NCBI GenBank assembly: GCA_963696165.1
Contig: CAVOIY010000004.1
Coordinates: 44,753-108,752, forward strand
Reading direction: 5' to 3'
Length of the DNA: 64,000 bases
Source: an uncultured Acidobacteriota bacterium
GTDB taxonomy: Bacteria > Acidobacteriota > Vicinamibacteria > Vicinamibacterales > CAVVIG01
Shown here: positions 60,267-64,000 of the stretch, piece by piece
How the letters are laid out: the number at the start of each line of letters is the position of its first letter
How positions within the stretch are numbered: position 1 is the stretch's first letter
Program-made: the position numbers and the translations under genes
Notes under the pieces: model-generated
What the model was told of the DNA's origin: nothing
What the model saw: the letters and a program-made list of their open reading frames with translations, nothing else
Database searches by the model: none

Positions 60267-60316
60267 CGATCTACCGTCGTGAAACCTCGGCGGACCAGAT
60301 CGATCGAGCAGTGCGC

Positions 60317-60886
60317 TCATACGCGCGACTGGTATTCGCCCGTTTCGGTGTTGACGCGGATCATGTCGCCTTCGTTGACGAACGGCGGCACCTGGACGAC
60401 GAGCCCGGTCTCGAGCGTCGCCGGCTTGACCTGCGCGCTCGCCGTCGCGCCCTTGATGCCGGGCACCGTTTCCTTGACGACCAGATCGACCGTCGGCGGC
60501 AGCTCGATGCCGACCGGCTCGACGTCGTAGAACTCGACGCGGATCGATCGACGTCGGCGAATCAGGTAGTCCATCGAGTCGCCGAGCGCTTCGGTCGAGA
60601 TGTGGATCTGCTCGTAGGTCGACGTGTCCATGAAGTAGTAATGGTCGCCGTCGTTGTAGAGATACTGCATCTCGCGCTCGTCGAGCATCGGCGCGCTCGA
60701 CGTCTTCTTCCGCCCGGAACTTCTCGTCGGCCAGCGTCGCCGTGCGGATGTTGCGCATCCGCACCTGGATGTGCGCGCGCTTGTTGCCGGGCGTCAGGTG
60801 GTGCAGTTCGAGGATGCGGAAGAGGTCGTTGCCGACCTTGATGAGCATGCCCTTCGGAGCCGTGTCGCTTGAATCGATGACGCCAT
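60317..60886 (-). CDS. efp: elongation factor P; 2-3 frame breaks
   Basis: ..[38 protein letters not shown].. and ..[76 protein letters not shown] 60886 (MA..) needs a shift a few codons in. Confidence 0.9.
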
Positions 60887-60952
60887 ATTGTTGTCTGTAT
60901 ATCCTTGCAATCGTAGCACATATGGCTCGGGCCCGCAACCAAACATGCTACG

Positions 60953-61379
60953 ATGCGAAACGTGGCTTTCACGCGGTGGGATCCGCTCCGCGATCTGCTC
61001 GCGCTGCACGAGCAGATCGGGCAGCTGGTCGGCACCGACGCGCCCGGCTGGACGCCGCCGGTCGATCTGTACGAAACCGCCGGCCGAGTTCGTCCTCACC
61101 GCCGAACTCCCGGGCCTCTCGCGCGACCAGATCGAGATTCACGCCGAAGACAGCCGCATCACGATCCGCGGCGCGCGCGACGTCGGCGCCGCGGCGCAGA
61201 CGTGCCGTGCGAGCAGTATCACCGCGTCGAGCGCGGCCACGGCCGCTTCTCGCGCGCGTTCGTGCTGCCCGAGCCGATCGACGTCGGACGCGATCACCGC
61301 CGATCTGAAGGACGGCCTCCTCACGGTCACGATTCCGAAGGCCAGCGGCCGCGGCGCGCGCCGCATCGACGTGACATAG
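60953..61379 (+). CDS. Hsp20/alpha-crystallin small heat-shock protein; about four frame breaks
   Basis: MRNVAFTRWDPLRDLLALHEQIGQL..GWTPPVDLYET.., ..EFVLTAELPGLSRDQIEIHAEDSRITIRG.., ..YHRVERGHGRFSRAFVLPEPID.. and ..ITADLKDGLLTVTIPKA.. alternate between two frames. Confidence 0.88.
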
Positions 61380-61390
61380 CGCGACGTCTC

Positions 61391-62617
<1,227 letters not shown>

Positions 62618-62629
62618 CGCGCGGCGCCT

Positions 62630-63903
62630 TCAGGCCGACGTCGCCGCGCTGCCGCGCTTCGCCACCAGCGCTTCGAATTCCTTGAACGCGCGGCTCGAGG
62701 CGCACCGGCTCGGTCAGCCGGTCCTGCCACGACTTCCGCCGTCTTGTAGCCGTTGCCGGTGATGCAGACGACGATCGATTCGTCGCGCGGCGATGACGCC
62801 GCGCTCGATCAGATCGATCGTCGCCGGCGAGCGTCGTGCCGCCGGCCGGCTCGGTGAAGATGCCTTCGGTTTCCGCGAGCAGCTGAATCGCGTCGACGAT
62901 CTGCGTCGTCGCGACACCGCCGCGCCGCTGCCGCCGGTCGCTCGGACCGCTCTCGAGCACCTGATAGCCGTCGGCGGGATTGCCGATCGCGATCGACTTG
63001 GCGATCGTGTCCGGCCGCACCGGCTCCGGATGCTCGAGGCCCGCCTCGAGCGCGCGCACGACCGGCGCGCAGCCCGCCGCCTGCGCGGCGTGGATGCGCG
63101 GCAGCTCGCCGTCGACGAGGCCGACCTCGCGCAGCTCGCGGAACCCGCGCAGGATGCGCGGCAGCAGCGTGCCGCCGGCGACCGGCGAGACGACGTGCTG
63201 CGGATAGCGCCAGCCGAGCTGCTCGACGATCTCGAAGCCCATCGTCTTCGCGCCTTCGGCGTAGTACGAGCGCAGGTTGATGTTCACGAATCCCCAGCCG
63301 TAGCGATCCGCCACCTGCGTGCACAGCCGGTTCACGTCGTCGTAGTTGCCGGCGATGGCGAGAATCGTCGGCCGGAAGATCGCGGAGCCGAGCACCTTGC
63401 CCGGCTTCGAGGTTGTCGGGAATGAAGACGCAGCACTCGACGCCGAGCCGCGCGGCGTGCGCCGCGACGCTGTTGGCGAGGTTGCCGGTCGAGGCGCACG
63501 CGAGCACGTTGAAGCCGAGCTCGACGCGCGCGCGTCGCCGCGACCGACACGACGCGGTCCTTGTAGGACAGCGTCGGATGGTTGACCGAGTCGTCTTTGA
63601 TGTACAGCTCGCGCACGCCGAGCCGCTCGGCCAGGCGGTCGCAGCGCACGAGCGGCGTGAAGCCGGAGTTGAAGCCGGTGCGCGGCTCGCCGGCGATCGG
63701 CAGCAGCTCGCGGTAGCGCCACAGGTTCTTCGGCCGCGCGCTCGATCTCGCGCGCGCGTGACGTGAACGGCCGCGTAGTCGTAGACCGGCTCGAGCGGAC
63801 CGAGGCAGCGGTCGCAGACGTACAGCGCTTCGGCGGGAAACAGCGCCTTACACAGATGACATTGCAGTCCGATGAGCGCGCTCACACGCCTCCGCTCGAT
63901 CAC
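62630..63903 (-). CDS. thrC: threonine synthase (long form with N-terminal Cys-rich segment); about eight frame breaks
   Basis: ..[31 protein letters not shown].., the PLP-lysine motif ..[15 protein letters not shown].. (ORF 63332..63649), ..[28 protein letters not shown].. and ..[37 protein letters not shown]... The likely end is ..[19 protein letters not shown], with TGA at 62630-62632. Confidence 0.88.
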
Positions 63904-64000
63904 GACGATCGACGATCCGTGAATCCGCCGAGACCGTCGCAGGCGCTCTCGCCTGCGGGCGCTGCGGTTTCTGCGTCGTCGCCTGCGTCCGATAATCCGC

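Noticed and set aside
60917-60950. Possible heat-shock operator or promoter upstream of hsp20. GTAGCAC...CATGCTAC resembles half of a CIRCE site (TTAGCACTC-N9-GAGTGCTAA), and CCTTGCAA resembles a sigma-32 -35 box.
   Set aside because: Only a 6-7-bp imperfect inverted repeat with about 24-nt spacing, and no convincing -10 CCCCAT element. In an error-prone stretch this is too weak to call.

Overview
Very GC-rich bacterial chromosomal segment (GC3-skewed codons, many Arg/Ala-rich shadow ORFs). It carries about 58 protein-coding genes, nearly all housekeeping. The CarboxypepD_reg-type TonB-dependent receptor, two tandem 'VWFA-related Acidobacterial domain'-like proteins and the secreted TPR/SPOR proteins suggest Acidobacteriota; this is inference only. 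Recognised genes, left to right: S9 peptidase, TonB-dependent receptor, Vgb-like beta-propeller plus a CXXCH protein, cupin, HTH-AAA-TPR regulator, murJ, prfB (with its programmed +1 frameshift), lnt, SPOR, TPR and V4R proteins, mobA, argS, a C26 amidotransferase, rlmD-like, coaX, birA, nadC, valS, a response regulator, split methylmalonyl-CoA mutase, two glutamate-dehydrogenase paralogs flanking an unknown gene, two VWFA proteins, two acyl-CoA dehydrogenases, an Ntn asparaginase, HIT, ihfB, rpsA, cmk, an alpha/beta hydrolase, rluB, scpAB, trpS, an M50 protease, uvrC, a CDP-alcohol phosphatidyltransferase, ku, tdk, efp, hsp20, htrA and thrC. I recognised no rRNA, tRNA, CRISPR array, transposase, integrase or canonical defence system. 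Three things stand out. (1) At least 11 loci carry 7-nt-periodic tandem or palindromic repeat elements of four word families, plus a 75-nt REP-like element and twin 20-nt hairpins. They sit almost exclusively at gene boundaries, but two lie inside open reading frames (uvrC and a hypothetical gene). (2) Many reading-frame breaks occur in unquestionably essential genes. They cluster in blocks (19.5-32.6 kb and 51-64 kb), while neighbouring multi-kb genes are intact. Those I resolved are single-base indels, mostly in short homopolymers, so assembly indel error is the most economical explanation. All boundaries of affected genes are therefore approximate. (3) A diverged copy of the 3' end of the CXXCH gene lies on the far side of a cupin+regulator module. 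I found no clearly novel multi-gene system; the repeat-element population is the most unusual signal I can support.
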